Below, one piece after another: positions 1 through 10,161 of a stretch of DNA of 64,000 nucleotides. Positions within the stretch are counted from its first letter, which is position 1; the number at the start of each line of letters is the position of its first letter. Under the pieces are notes generated by a model. That model saw nothing but the letters and a program-made list of their open reading frames with translations, was not told where the DNA came from and ran no database searches. Both the position numbers and the translations under genes were made by a program. Source of the DNA: Calditrichales bacterium (GTDB lineage Bacteria; Calditrichota; Calditrichia; Calditrichales; J004); NCBI GenBank assembly GCA_965267575.1, contig OZ254086.1, forward strand, positions 3,648,001 to 3,712,000, in the 5' to 3' direction.

Positions 1-2
1 TG

Positions 3-611
3 ATTTTCGCACCGGGCTTTTCCACGGCCGCGAAAGTATCGGATATTTCCGGTCGCGGCGTCGGTATGGATGTGGTTGTACGGAACGTGGAAAAGATCCG
101 GGGCCGTGTTGAAGTTAGCAGTGAGCCGGGCAAGGGCACTACGGTTACCTTACGCATACCCTTAACAACCGCTATAGTAGATGGCATGCTGATGCGCGTT
201 GAAAATTCACTATATGCCATTCCAACTCTCGACATCAAAGAATCTTTACAGGTAAACAGCAACCACGTTGTTGATCTTATAGATGGTCAGGAAGTTATCA
301 GGGTAAGAGAAAGCCTGATCCCGGTATTACGTCTGCATGAGCTTCATAATCTCAGTTTTGAACCCAAACCGCTGTCGTCGGGCATTGTTGTTGTTACTGA
401 AAAAGGCGGACAGAATATTGGTTTTCTTGTAGACGAGATACTTGGCCAGCAACAGCTTGTGATTAAAGCGCTGCCTTCCTATCTGAGCCAGATCCGCGGT
501 GTTTCGGGTTGCGCGATTCTTGGAGACGGAGAGATATGCCTGATTCTGGATTTAGGCAATCTGGCAAAAATGGTTGAAGAAACAACAATGGAAAACAAAT
601 TCAATTCTTAA
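3..611 (+). CDS. cheA: Chemotaxis histidine kinase CheA, C-terminal part (5' truncated by window edge)
   Basis: Frame is open from nt 3 and reads IFAPGFSTAAKVSDISGRGVGMDVV (CheA G2 box), followed by a CheW-like P5 domain (GCAILGDGEICLILD). Confidence 0.95.
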   Translation: MFAPGFSTAAKVSDISGRGVGMDVVVRNVEKIRGRVEVSSEPGKGTTVTLRIPLTTAIVDGMLMRVENSLYAIPTLDIKESLQVNSNHVVDLIDGQEVIRVRESLIPVLRLHELHNLSFEPKPLSSGIVVVTEKGGQNIGFLVDEILGQQQLVIKALPSYLSQIRGVSGCAILGDGEICLILDLGNLAKMVEETTMENKFNS

Positions 612-626
612 AAGAGGAAGTCTAAA

Positions 627-1133
627 ATGGAAAACTTGGTAGAAGAAAGCGTTGATACGCATGTTGAAGATTTCCAGGACGGTCAGTTTCTGACGTTTAC
701 GTTGGGCAAACAAACCTACGGTATCGAAATCAGAAATGTCACTGAGATAATTGGTATACAGAAAATTACTGATCTTCCCGATCTTCCGGACTACGTAAAA
801 GGCGTTATCAACCTCCGTGGCAAGGTAATACCCGTCCTGGATGTACGGCTACGTTTCGGTATGGAAGAAAGATCGTATGATGAGCGCACCTGTATCATCG
901 TGATTAACATAAACGATTCATCTGTCGGTATGGTAGTAGACACGGTCTCGGAGGTTATAAACATCCCGGACGAAAACGTTGAACCGCCGCCCAAGGTTAA
1001 TAAAAAAACGAACGGGAACGTTTTTGTAAAAGGGTTGGGCAAGGTGGAGGAAGAAGTATACATATTGCTGGATACGCAGAAGTTGCTGTTTGAGGAAGAG
1101 CTGGAAGCACTTAAATGCAGCATTGAAGAATAA
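627..1133 (+). CDS. cheW: Chemotaxis coupling protein CheW
   Basis: FLTFTLG...YGIEI, GVINLRGKVIPVLD and GMVVDTVSEV motifs; follows cheA; AGAGGA RBS. Confidence 0.95.
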   Translation: MENLVEESVDTHVEDFQDGQFLTFTLGKQTYGIEIRNVTEIIGIQKITDLPDLPDYVKGVINLRGKVIPVLDVRLRFGMEERSYDERTCIIVININDSSVGMVVDTVSEVINIPDENVEPPPKVNKKTNGNVFVKGLGKVEEEVYILLDTQKLLFEEELEALKCSIEE

Positions 1134-1250
1134 AACGGGCTGATATGTGTATAGAATGTTATCACCTCAGCCGTTCATTTTATTCAAAATTTAAAATGTC
1201 CGAAAAGGTGAATAGACAGCATTAAACGGAATTATTTCAAGGAGGAAGTT

Positions 1251-1787
1251 ATGAAAAACATAAGGCTAGTCGCAGCTGCAATTTTAGTTTTAATGGTCGG
1301 ATCGGCCCTGGCAGAAAATGCCACATCCGCCCAATACCTGTATATGGTAAACAAGGTTTTGCCGGAAGTTAAAAAAGCCGCTGTATTTATGCCGCCGGAA
1401 CTGGTAGAAGCGGAAAAAAGCAAACTTCAAAGAGCAGCCGCGGCGTTCCAAATCCAGGTTACCATTTACCCCATAGAAAGCAACCGGACAATCGGTGAAA
1501 ACCTTAAGAAGGTATCCGATGACGAGGTGCTGATCGTTTATGATTCTCCTGTTCTGATGGAAAAAAGCAGCCGTCTTTACATCCTTAAAAAGTGCAAAGA
1601 GCGCAATATCCCGGTAATTACATCCAACGAAGAGTATTCCAAAAGCGGTGCTTTTATCGGCATCATTGTGGATGGTGAATTCAAAATTTCGCAGCTATTG
1701 GTAAACCTGCAGCATTATGAACAATTCGCCTCCAAGTTTACGGAAGAGTTTTCTCTGGCGCTGGGTGTTACGCAAATCATTCGCTAA
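1251..1787 (+). CDS. Secreted protein, YfiR-like / half ABC substrate-binding-like alpha/beta domain
   Basis: Signal peptide MKNIRLVAAAILVLMVGSALA; C-terminal IPVIT..EEYSKSGAFIGII...LLVNL pattern resembles YfiR and ABC_sub_bind proteins; AAGGAGG RBS. Confidence 0.55.
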   Translation: MKNIRLVAAAILVLMVGSALAENATSAQYLYMVNKVLPEVKKAAVFMPPELVEAEKSKLQRAAAAFQIQVTIYPIESNRTIGENLKKVSDDEVLIVYDSPVLMEKSSRLYILKKCKERNIPVITSNEEYSKSGAFIGIIVDGEFKISQLLVNLQHYEQFASKFTEEFSLALGVTQIIR

Positions 1788-1823
1788 AACAAACACCACA
1801 TAAAAAGCACATGCGAGGGTCAA

Positions 1824-4055
1824 ATGAACTACCGCGAGATGACCATTAAGAAAAAAATGTTGTTTACGTTAATACCGGTTTTACTGGTTATGATTTTTGC
1901 CGGTTTTTTAACGATAAACTACATCACCAAGCAGGCACTTACCAACAACCTTAGCCGCTCAACGGATATTATTAACAACATTGCCGTCCAGGCGGTTATC
2001 ACCGGTCTTGAGTTCTCGGATAAGGAGCTCGTGGCCGACGCTCTTAAAGCCTTTGAGAGCGATCCGCAGATTTCCATGTTATTGGTCCAGGACGTTAACG
2101 GCGAAAGCTTTTACAGCTATCGCAAGGAGGGCTACGAGCCTTTCCATCCTGCCGATATCGAGCAGTATGATGACTCCGACGAGGAAATCATCAGCATGAA
2201 ACCAGTGACATCCGGTGATGAAATTATCGGTAAGATTTATGTGGGCATTTCCCTTGAAGCGCGCAACGAGGCATTAAGTTTTGCACGTTCTGTGCTGATT
2301 GCTCTTATGGCTGTCGGAATTGCGGTTATCATAGCTTTGATTTTGTTGCTGGCATCGCGTTTTTCCAGTCCTGTACGGCAATTGGCGGAAGTAGCCGAGC
2401 GACTGAGCGAGGGTGACCTGCAACATGATATTACAATTGATTCGAAAGATGAGCTCGGTCAGCTTGCCGCAGCATTCAGAAGGATGGTAGACGCTCTGCG
2501 AGATAAGACCCGTGTTGCCAACGAAATTTCACGTGGAAATACAGATGTTGAGCTGACGGATGTTAATGATAAAGATGAGCTTGGCCAGGCTATGATTCGC
2601 ATGAAAAAAAGCATTCATGCCATGGTTAAGGATGTGCAGGGTCTTGTGGAAGCCGCCCTGGACGGTAACCTGAAAAAACGCGCTGATGAAGATGCCCACG
2701 CCGGCGAATTTAAGTCGATTATTAGCGGTGTTAACCAGACATTGGACGCGGTTGTAGAGCCTTTGAATACCGCCTCATCTTATTTGCAGCAAATGGCAAA
2801 TGGTGAAATCCCCGATATGATTCGCGAAGAATTTAAAGGTGATTTCCAGATCATAAAAGACAACCTTACACGCAGTATTAACGCTGTTCGCAGATTGGTG
2901 GACGACTCCAAGCATCTGGCAGAGGCGGCCGTAAGCGGCAACCTTAAAAAACGTGCTGATGAATCCGCACACACCGGCGACTACCGCAAAATAGTTGAAG
3001 GTATGAACCATACCCTTAATGCGGTGATAGATCCGATCAATGAGGCAAAAGGTGTATTGGATGAAATGGCCAACGGCAATCTTACCAGAACAGTTTCCGG
3101 TGATTACTCCGGCGATTACTCAAAAATCAAAGATGCGCTTAACCACAGTGTCAGGTCAATAAATTCCATTCTCAACCAGGTTTCCGATTCGGTCGAAAAG
3201 GTGGCCAACGGATCACAGCAGGTGTCGCAAACGAGTCACTCCGTCTCAGAAGGCGCTTCGGATCAGGCCAGTTCACTGGAAGAAATAGGCGCCTCGATGG
3301 TTGAGATAAGCCAGCAAGCGCGTCAAAACGCGGACAATGCCGATCACGCCAACAATATTTCAAATGAGTCACTTAAGGCAGCGGAAGACGGCAACACTCA
3401 AATGAATGACATGCTGAAAGCCATGTCGGAAATTAACGAGTCTTCAGACGAAATTTCGAAAATCATTAAAGCCATTGATGAAATTGCCTTTCAAACAAAT
3501 CTGCTGGCGCTAAACGCGGCGGTTGAAGCGGCGCGGGCCGGTGTTCACGGCAAGGGCTTCGCTGTTGTGGCGGAAGAGGTGCGCAATCTTGCACAGCGCA
3601 GCGCGAAAGCTGCAAGGGAAACCACCGAGTTGATCGAGGCTTCCGGCAGACGCGTGGAGAACGGAACCAAAATAGCCGCACGCACCGCCGAATCGATCAA
3701 TAAGATTATCGAAAATATTACAAAAACGACAGATCTCATTTCTGAGATTACAGCGTCTTCAAAAGAGCAGGTATCGGGGATTGACCAGGTCAATAATGCG
3801 CTGCAGCAGATTGACCGTGTCACCCAATCCAACACGGCGTATGCCGAACAAAGCGCGGCGGCCGCAGCTGACCTTTCCATAGAAGCGGAACAGCTGAGAA
3901 GCATGTTGAGCCGTTTCAGTTTGTCCGCGGCGGGCAGCAAGGATAATTATTACGAAACTGACGAGGAATATGGCGAAAACAATGCTGTCCCGGAAGAAGC
4001 CTCTGAAGATGATGATGAAGTATTTCATACGACCACAAACGGAAACGGGAAATAA
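1824..4055 (+). CDS. Methyl-accepting chemotaxis protein with CHASE8-like periplasmic domain and poly-HAMP array
   Basis: Two TM helices; repeated HAMP units ([11 protein letters not shown] twice); signalling hairpin [37 protein letters not shown]. Confidence 0.95.
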   Translation: MNYREMTIKKKMLFTLIPVLLVMIFAGFLTINYITKQALTNNLSRSTDIINNIAVQAVITGLEFSDKELVADALKAFESDPQISMLLVQDVNGESFYSYRKEGYEPFHPADIEQYDDSDEEIISMKPVTSGDEIIGKIYVGISLEARNEALSFARSVLIALMAVGIAVIIALILLLASRFSSPVRQLAEVAERLSEGDLQHDITIDSKDELGQLAAAFRRMVDALRDKTRVANEISRGNTDVELTDVNDKDELGQAMIRMKKSIHAMVKDVQGLVEAALDGNLKKRADEDAHAGEFKSIISGVNQTLDAVVEPLNTASSYLQQMANGEIPDMIREEFKGDFQIIKDNLTRSINAVRRLVDDSKHLAEAAVSGNLKKRADESAHTGDYRKIVEGMNHTLNAVIDPINEAKGVLDEMANGNLTRTVSGDYSGDYSKIKDALNHSVRSINSILNQVSDSVEKVANGSQQVSQTSHSVSEGASDQASSLEEIGASMVEISQQARQNADNADHANNISNESLKAAEDGNTQMNDMLKAMSEINESSDEISKIIKAIDEIAFQTNLLALNAAVEAARAGVHGKGFAVVAEEVRNLAQRSAKAARETTELIEASGRRVENGTKIAARTAESINKIIENITKTTDLISEITASSKEQVSGIDQVNNALQQIDRVTQSNTAYAEQSAAAAADLSIEAEQLRSMLSRFSLSAAGSKDNYYETDEEYGENNAVPEEASEDDDEVFHTTTNGNGK

Positions 4056-4063
4056 GAAAACCG

Positions 4064-4906
4064 ATGTACACGGCAGAGTTTGAAATAAGCAGCGAAGAGT
4101 ATCAGCAGATTGCCAGGCTGGTTTACGACCGCTTTGGCATAAATCTTGGCGATAAAAAGCAATCTCTGGTTTCCAACCGTTTGCGAAAAGAACTGTCTGA
4201 CCGTGGTTTTAGCTCATTCAAGGACTTCTATCAATATTGTATTGACGATAAAAGCGGTACCGGCCTTAATACACTGATAAACCGGATATCTACAAATCTT
4301 ACCTACTTCGCCCGCGAACGGGAGCATTTTGATTTTTTGCGTGACTATGCTGTCCCCGACTGGTTGGGTACAGCTTCGGTGCAACAGCAAAAAAGTATAA
4401 GGGTTTGGTGTGCGGGGTGTTCAACCGGCGAAGAAGCCTATACCATAGCGATGATGCTTCAGAGCGGGCTGGGTATGAGAAGCGGCAGCATAAAGCCTGC
4501 TGTTCTGGCAACGGATATTTCCGAGCGCGCTCTGGCCGTTGCCGAAAAAGGCATTTATCTCAAAGATAATGTGGCAAAGCTTGACCCGGACTGGGTAAGC
4601 AGTTTTTTTAAAAAACAGTCTGACGGGTCATTCCGCATCTCGGAACGGATAAGGCAGATCGTATTATACAGACGGCTCAATCTTATGCGGCCGCATTTCC
4701 CTTTTAAGAAACGGTTTCACGCCATTTTCTGCCGCAACGTTATGATCTACTTTGACGGTGAAACGCGCAGTAAACTTATATCCAAGTTCAGTGAAAATTT
4801 GGAAGAAGGCGGCTATCTCTTTATAGGTCATTCCGAAAGCCTTGGCCGATCTAATCAATACTTTAAATATATACGCCCGGCCGTTTACCAAAAGGTTGGT
4901 GTATAA
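4064..4906 (+). CDS. cheR: Chemotaxis methyltransferase CheR
   Basis: TNLTYFARE, RVWCAGCSTGEEAYT, ATDIS, IFCRNVMIYFD and LFIGHSES motifs. Confidence 0.96.
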   Translation: MYTAEFEISSEEYQQIARLVYDRFGINLGDKKQSLVSNRLRKELSDRGFSSFKDFYQYCIDDKSGTGLNTLINRISTNLTYFAREREHFDFLRDYAVPDWLGTASVQQQKSIRVWCAGCSTGEEAYTIAMMLQSGLGMRSGSIKPAVLATDISERALAVAEKGIYLKDNVAKLDPDWVSSFFKKQSDGSFRISERIRQIVLYRRLNLMRPHFPFKKRFHAIFCRNVMIYFDGETRSKLISKFSENLEEGGYLFIGHSESLGRSNQYFKYIRPAVYQKVGV

Positions 4907-5970
4907 TGTCAAAAGCAATAAGAGTGCTGGTCGTGGATGATTCGGCCCTTGTACGTGATATTCTTAGCCGCGGTTTAAATATGGCGAAGGGTATTGAAGT
5001 GGTCGGCGCCGCGGCAGATCCCTATAAAGCCCGCGACATGATCATCCGGGAAAGGCCGGATGTGATAACGCTTGACGTGGAAATGCCACGAATGGACGGT
5101 TTGGAGTTTTTGCGTAAGCTTATGCCTCAATACCCGTTGCCCGTCGTAATGGTAAGTTCCCTTACGGAGTCGGGATCGTGCATAACCCTGGATGCCCTTG
5201 ATGCCGGTGCCGTTGATTTTGTGTGTAAACCTGCTTCTGACATAAAACGCGGTTTGGTGAGCATGATGGAAGAGCTGCAGGAAAAGGTCCGCGTCGCTTC
5301 CTCGGTGGATGTGTCGCGCTACAAAAAGAACGGTTATCATGCCGGTAATGGCGTGGCCAGGGTCGAGTCTCTTGTAAAGACAACCGATAAGATTATCGCC
5401 ATCGGTGCGTCAACCGGCGGCACGGAAGCTTTGCGCAAGATCATTTCCGCGTTGCCTGCCACTTCGCCAGGGATTGTCGTTGTACAGCATATGCCGGAGC
5501 GCTTTACCAAAATGTTCGCCGAGCGGCTTAATGAGATTGCGGCCATGGAGGTGAAGGAAGCCGAATCAGGCGACCGGATTCAAAACGGAAAAGTTCTGAT
5601 CGCCCCCGGCAATAAACATTTGCAGGTTATCCGTTCCGGCGGTGAATACAAAGTTGTATGCCGTGATGGCGCCAAAGTGTGCGGCCACCGCCCCAGTGTG
5701 GATGTTTTATTCAGGTCCGTGGCCCGCTATGCTGCCGGCAACGCTTTGGGCATCATTCTCACGGGCATGGGGAGCGACGGAGCAGACGCTATGGTGAAAA
5801 TGCGTGAAGCCGGAGCGAGAACAATCGCCCAGGATGAAAAAAGTTGCGTGGTTTTTGGAATGCCCAAGGAAGCCTGGTTACGTGGTGGGGCGGAAAAACT
5901 GGTAAGTCTGGATGAAATCCCGGTAAGGATTAAGAGGATACTAGAGGAAATGCAGGATGAACGTAATTAA
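4906..5970 (+). CDS. cheB: Chemotaxis methylesterase CheB (receiver plus esterase)
   Basis: Receiver (VVDD, TLDVEMP) plus GASTGG, VQHMP and LTGMGSDG catalytic motifs. Confidence 0.97.
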   Translation: MSKAIRVLVVDDSALVRDILSRGLNMAKGIEVVGAAADPYKARDMIIRERPDVITLDVEMPRMDGLEFLRKLMPQYPLPVVMVSSLTESGSCITLDALDAGAVDFVCKPASDIKRGLVSMMEELQEKVRVASSVDVSRYKKNGYHAGNGVARVESLVKTTDKIIAIGASTGGTEALRKIISALPATSPGIVVVQHMPERFTKMFAERLNEIAAMEVKEAESGDRIQNGKVLIAPGNKHLQVIRSGGEYKVVCRDGAKVCGHRPSVDVLFRSVARYAAGNALGIILTGMGSDGADAMVKMREAGARTIAQDEKSCVVFGMPKEAWLRGGAEKLVSLDEIPVRIKRILEEMQDERN

Positions 5971-6445
5971 TGTCGGGGTAGGTGAAATCGGAGTTTCGGA
6001 CCGGCCACACGAGGTGGTCAAGACATACGCGCTTGGTTCCTGTGTGGCCCTCGTTTTTGTAGCACCAAAGATAAGTGCCGTAGGCCTGGCCCACATTGCG
6101 TTACCGGATTCCGGTACTTCCGGGGAGAAAAGCAGAACATTACCGGAGGGCTATTTTGCTGATCTGGCGATTCCCCGTCTGATAGAACAATTTAAAATTT
6201 TTGGGGTCCGCAAAAATTCCGAAGTGGTTGTTAAGATGGCCGGAGGAGCTAAAATAATGGATCCCAACGGCAGATTTAACATCGGCAAGCGTAATGTACT
6301 GGCCGTAAAAAAAATCCTCTGGAAATACAAACTGGGAGCAATCGCCGAAGACGTAGGGAAAAACTTTAGCAGGACGGTGGCCGTGTACACAGATTCAAGT
6401 CAAATCGTAATTTCATCGCCGGGACGCGGCGAGTGGCATCTTTAG
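5957..6445 (+). CDS. cheD: Chemoreceptor glutamine deamidase CheD
   Basis: TYALGSCV, AHIALP, KMAGGA, NIGKRN and EDVG motifs. Confidence 0.93.
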   Translation: MNVINVGVGEIGVSDRPHEVVKTYALGSCVALVFVAPKISAVGLAHIALPDSGTSGEKSRTLPEGYFADLAIPRLIEQFKIFGVRKNSEVVVKMAGGAKIMDPNGRFNIGKRNVLAVKKILWKYKLGAIAEDVGKNFSRTVAVYTDSSQIVISSPGRGEWHL

Positions 6446-6458
6446 GGAGTTCACATAT

Positions 6459-6845
6459 ATGAATCATCAAGTTTTAGTCGTAGACGATTCCGCCATGGCG
6501 CGCACACTCATACGCAGGACGCTGGAAGTGTGTGGTTTTGAGAATTTACAGATAAGTGAAGCTGCAAACGGGTTAAAAGCGCTTGAACAGTTGAAGGCGA
6601 AATCATTTGATCTGGTTCTTACCGATCTAAATATGCCGGAGTGCGACGGTGAGCAGCTTCTAAAGAGGATCAAGGCTTCGCCGAGACTTAACCATATACC
6701 TGTGGTGGTCATTTCAAGCAAAACCAATTCCGCCACGCAGCATAAATTGATAAATGAATACGCGACCGCTGTTTTGTCCAAACCGATTTCGCTCCCGGAC
6801 TTAAACAGTGTTCTGGAAGAAAGCTTAAAACTGGAAAAAGAGTGA
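6459..6845 (+). CDS. cheY: Single-domain response regulator, CheY-like
   Basis: VVDDS, LTDLNMP and SKP; receiver domain only; lies in the che cluster. Confidence 0.8.
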   Translation: MNHQVLVVDDSAMARTLIRRTLEVCGFENLQISEAANGLKALEQLKAKSFDLVLTDLNMPECDGEQLLKRIKASPRLNHIPVVVISSKTNSATQHKLINEYATAVLSKPISLPDLNSVLEESLKLEKE

Positions 6846-7327
6846 GGTTAGAAATGGAGTATGTTCAGGAGAACTTAACGGATCCTTTGACGGAAGCGAT
6901 ATCCGAGTCCTTTGAAAACCTCATTTTTACGGAAGTAGAGGAAGTTCAGGAACTGGAGCGATTGCCGGCCCTGCAAAATACAACCATGATATGCGTAGAC
7001 ACACTGGCGCCGTTCCGGAAGCGTATTGTTATGTTTATTGAAAATGATTTTGCCGAAGAGATATTCACCGAGATGCTGGGTGGCGATATGGAAACTACTA
7101 CCGATGAAATGATACGGGACGCTCTCGGGGAAATAGGCAACACGGTTGTTGGTAAGTTTTTGTCCAAAGCCGTTCCACAGGACCAGGAATTCAGCCTGGG
7201 TTTTCCGGAGTGCAGGCCTTATGACCCGTCCACCGATCTTTTCGCGGCAGGTATGGAGCAAAAAGTCCTTCAGCTCGACCTTGAAGGCAATATCATGTAC
7301 GTTGTACTAAAAGAGTGTGCAGATTAA
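6842..7327 (+). CDS. CheX/CheC-family CheY-P phosphatase
   Basis: DALGEIGNTVVG contains the ExxN phosphatase motif; overlaps the upstream cheY. The start may instead be the ATG at 6854. Confidence 0.7.
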   Translation: MRLEMEYVQENLTDPLTEAISESFENLIFTEVEEVQELERLPALQNTTMICVDTLAPFRKRIVMFIENDFAEEIFTEMLGGDMETTTDEMIRDALGEIGNTVVGKFLSKAVPQDQEFSLGFPECRPYDPSTDLFAAGMEQKVLQLDLEGNIMYVVLKECAD

Positions 7328-7423
7328 AAACAGGTCAATTTTCGCGGCATTTTACTGTTCTGTTAACAAAACGCCGGGATATTTCCGAAACTAATTAAAA
7401 AATTCAAACCGGGAGAAATTCCA

Positions 7424-7801
7424 ATGGAAAATAAGAAGGTGATTTTTGTTGAGGATTCCCCAACGATGCGCCGCATAATCGCCAATTCACTTAATAAGAT
7501 CGGCATAACCAGCATCACCGAGGCCGAGAACGGTGTGGATGCGCTGGACAAGATCGATGCCCAGGACTATGACATGATCATTACAGACTGGAACATGCCT
7601 GAAATGAACGGGGAGGAGCTTGTAAAAACCCTTAGGGAAAAAGACAAATTCAAAAAGACTCCCATACTTATGATAACCACCCGCGGTATGCAGGATGATG
7701 TTATGACCGCTATTAAAATTGGTGTTAACGGTTACATCGTAAAGCCCTTTACACCGGAAGTATTAAAAAAGAAGATTGCCGAGCTGTTCAGCGAATCTTA
7801 A
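7424..7801 (+). CDS. cheY: Chemotaxis response regulator CheY
   Basis: VEDSPTMRRII, ITDWNMPEMNG, ILMITT and YIVKPF, typical of motor-binding CheY. Confidence 0.92.
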   Translation: MENKKVIFVEDSPTMRRIIANSLNKIGITSITEAENGVDALDKIDAQDYDMIITDWNMPEMNGEELVKTLREKDKFKKTPILMITTRGMQDDVMTAIKIGVNGYIVKPFTPEVLKKKIAELFSES

Positions 7802-7814
7802 TCAGGAGGGCGCA

Positions 7815-8456
7815 ATGAGCCGAATTAACTCAATTGACGACGTAATTGTGCACATCGAAGGTATTCACAAATCGATGCAGTTCAGCGGTGATCTTTTCCC
7901 CATTATCAGTGACCTTTTCCGGTTTATAAAGGATATGATTCCGCTGATGCTCGAGGCCAATTTGTCAATCAAGGAAACAACGAATCACCTTCCGACCGCC
8001 ACGGATAATATCACAAGCGTATCGAAGACGACGGAAAATGCCACACATCAGGTGCTGGACCAGCTTGAAAATATCTTTACAAAACTGGATTTGTTAAAGC
8101 AAAAGATCGATAGTGAAGACTCAAAAGAAGACAAGATTGCATTGCTGGATGAAATCAGCACCGAGGCAAATGAGATAATCTTTGCTTTTCAGTTCCAGGA
8201 CATCACGACACAGCAGTTGGAGCACACAAGCCGCATTCTCAAGGCGGTATATGAAAAATTCAGCCACCTGTTTGGCGCCTTTGAAAAGATGCGCAAAAAC
8301 AGTGATATAGGCCAGGAAGTCGTTCAAGCCATCGAGCGCGAATTTGATAAAGAAAAAGAGCGCCGGCACAAAGAGTTTTTTGATAATCACACGGCCGATA
8401 CGATGCATCACAGTGCCGAAATTACCCAGGAAGATATCGATAGCTTTTTTAAGTAA
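7815..8456 (+). CDS. cheZ: CheZ-like CheY-P phosphatase
   Basis: TENATHQVLD; FQFQDITTQQL (DxxxQ active-site motif); C-terminal ITQEDIDSFFK CheY-binding helix; ATG at 7815 preceded by AGGAGG. Confidence 0.8.
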   Translation: MSRINSIDDVIVHIEGIHKSMQFSGDLFPIISDLFRFIKDMIPLMLEANLSIKETTNHLPTATDNITSVSKTTENATHQVLDQLENIFTKLDLLKQKIDSEDSKEDKIALLDEISTEANEIIFAFQFQDITTQQLEHTSRILKAVYEKFSHLFGAFEKMRKNSDIGQEVVQAIEREFDKEKERRHKEFFDNHTADTMHHSAEITQEDIDSFFK

Positions 8457-8474
8457 ATCGCAACGGGAGATTAT

Positions 8475-8744
8475 ATGAGCGTATTTGATGAATTACGCAG
8501 CAATGATATCAAAAAGGTTTTTAAAAACGGGAAATCCGGCACCAAGGGCACGATCATAAAGGGCACTAACGTACGCTGTACGTCGTCAAAAACAATAAAC
8601 CCATATCAAACGTCCAGCCTGCCGCACGGCGAGGGCAGAATTACCCCTTTGCTTGATGGTGATAATGTGATAGGCATTATCTACGAATGCACATGTGGTG
8701 AACTGGCGAGGATATTATTCGACTTTGAAGAAGATGTTGGATGA
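8475..8744 (+). CDS. Small hypothetical protein with CxC motif
   Basis: GGAG RBS; fills the gap between cheZ and the DUF342 gene; contains IIYECTCGE. Confidence 0.6.
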   Translation: MSVFDELRSNDIKKVFKNGKSGTKGTIIKGTNVRCTSSKTINPYQTSSLPHGEGRITPLLDGDNVIGIIYECTCGELARILFDFEEDVG

Positions 8745-10146
8745 ACTTGATGACCTGTATGTCAGTCTTTCCGAAAACGGACTGACGGCATATGTAACAA
8801 TAAACGCGTCTTATGCCGGCTTTCCTGAAGCTGAAGAAATATTTTCGAGGCTGAAGGAAAGCTCTGTTGTTTTTGGGGTCGATGAATCCGCGGTTAAGCA
8901 GATAGCCGAACAAAAACAAAGAGTGATCGCCGTACCGGTAGCCTATGGCAAAAAGCCGGTGGATATTTTAAACTGGCACTTTGATATAGAAAACCCTAAT
9001 CGTCCCACCATTACCAATCAAAACCGCGCAGATTTCAAAAATCTTAATCTTTATCAGTTTGTCAAAAAGGGCGACGTAATCGTCAATCTGCGGGCATCTG
9101 CAGATACCCAACCCGGCATGACTGTCACCGGCAAAAAAATCCCTGCACAGACGGAAAGCCCGCTACCCGATATAGCCAACGCGATTGTCGACAAAGATCA
9201 AAACGCCCTGGTAGCCGCCAAAGACGGCTATCTGATGTGGGAAGATGATAAGCTTACGCTTTCTGACGTTTTCCATGTAAAGGGTGATGTCGATTATGGC
9301 ACGGGTAACCTTAAGCTTAAAGGCACAATCATTATTGATGGCGACGTACGTTCCGGTTTTCGCGTGGAAACCGATTCCGATATTATTATCAACGGTACAG
9401 TGGACGCGGCGCACGTTTACTCGCAGCACGGCAATGTGACAATCAAAAACGGTATTCTCGGTCAGGGCAGGGCCAAGGTGCTCTGCGGAGGCTCGCTTTT
9501 CTGCGGCTATATGCAGGATGCCCACGTGGCGGTCCGTGGCGATGTGGTTCTGGAAAAATATGCTATCAATTGCATTATTTCGGCCGGCGGACTGATACGG
9601 GCCACAGAAAATGAAGGTCTGATCAGGGGCGGAATTTCAACCGCGGACAAGGGCATTATGATACGCAACGCCGGTTCACCGCGGGGTGTGTATACCGAGT
9701 TCAAGATTCGCAACTATGGTGAAGATGACAGCCAGTCCAGGATTTGGAAATTAAGCAGAACGCGATCGGAACTTGCGGTCCGGCTTTCCGGGCTTAAAAA
9801 GCGCCGCGATTTTCTGGAGCTTCTGAATAAGAACAAGGGGCTTTCCAGTGTAAAAAAAGAGGAGATGTCTTTTGTAGACGAGGAAATCGAGCGTCTGAAA
9901 GAAAAACTAAGCATGCTTGAAAGAGAAGAAATCGGTCTTCAAAAAGAGGCTTCCAGGGACAGCGTTAAAAAGGAAGTGCGCATTATTGATACCATTTACC
10001 GCAATGTATCCGTGGATATTGGCGGCCTGGAGTATTTCTGTGACAGCGAATTGCAGCATATGCGCATCTTTAAGCTGAACAATGAACTGGTTCTGGAATC
10101 ACTGCAGGGCGATTCCTACAGCCTTGAAGTGAGTGACAAAAACTAA
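8734..10146 (+). CDS. FapA / DUF342 family flagellar assembly protein
   Basis: VVFGVD, GMTVTGKKI, HVKGDVDYGTGNL, beta-helix-like repeats and a C-terminal coiled coil. The ATG at 8734 is preferred over 8695. Confidence 0.85.
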   Translation: MLDELDDLYVSLSENGLTAYVTINASYAGFPEAEEIFSRLKESSVVFGVDESAVKQIAEQKQRVIAVPVAYGKKPVDILNWHFDIENPNRPTITNQNRADFKNLNLYQFVKKGDVIVNLRASADTQPGMTVTGKKIPAQTESPLPDIANAIVDKDQNALVAAKDGYLMWEDDKLTLSDVFHVKGDVDYGTGNLKLKGTIIIDGDVRSGFRVETDSDIIINGTVDAAHVYSQHGNVTIKNGILGQGRAKVLCGGSLFCGYMQDAHVAVRGDVVLEKYAINCIISAGGLIRATENEGLIRGGISTADKGIMIRNAGSPRGVYTEFKIRNYGEDDSQSRIWKLSRTRSELAVRLSGLKKRRDFLELLNKNKGLSSVKKEEMSFVDEEIERLKEKLSMLEREEIGLQKEASRDSVKKEVRIIDTIYRNVSVDIGGLEYFCDSELQHMRIFKLNNELVLESLQGDSYSLEVSDKN

Positions 10147-10161
10147 AAACAGGTCTGGATA

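Noticed and set aside
2660..3040. DNA-level repeat inside the MCP (GGTAACCTGAAAAAACGCGCTGATGAA / GGCAACCTTAAAAAACGTGCTGATGAA)
   Set aside because: Explained by tandem HAMP-domain duplication, which is common in chemoreceptors.
1180..7391. Sigma28-like -10 boxes TCCGAAAA (1199) and TCCGAAAC (7384)
   Set aside because: The -35 element is absent or mis-spaced, so the evidence is too weak to annotate.
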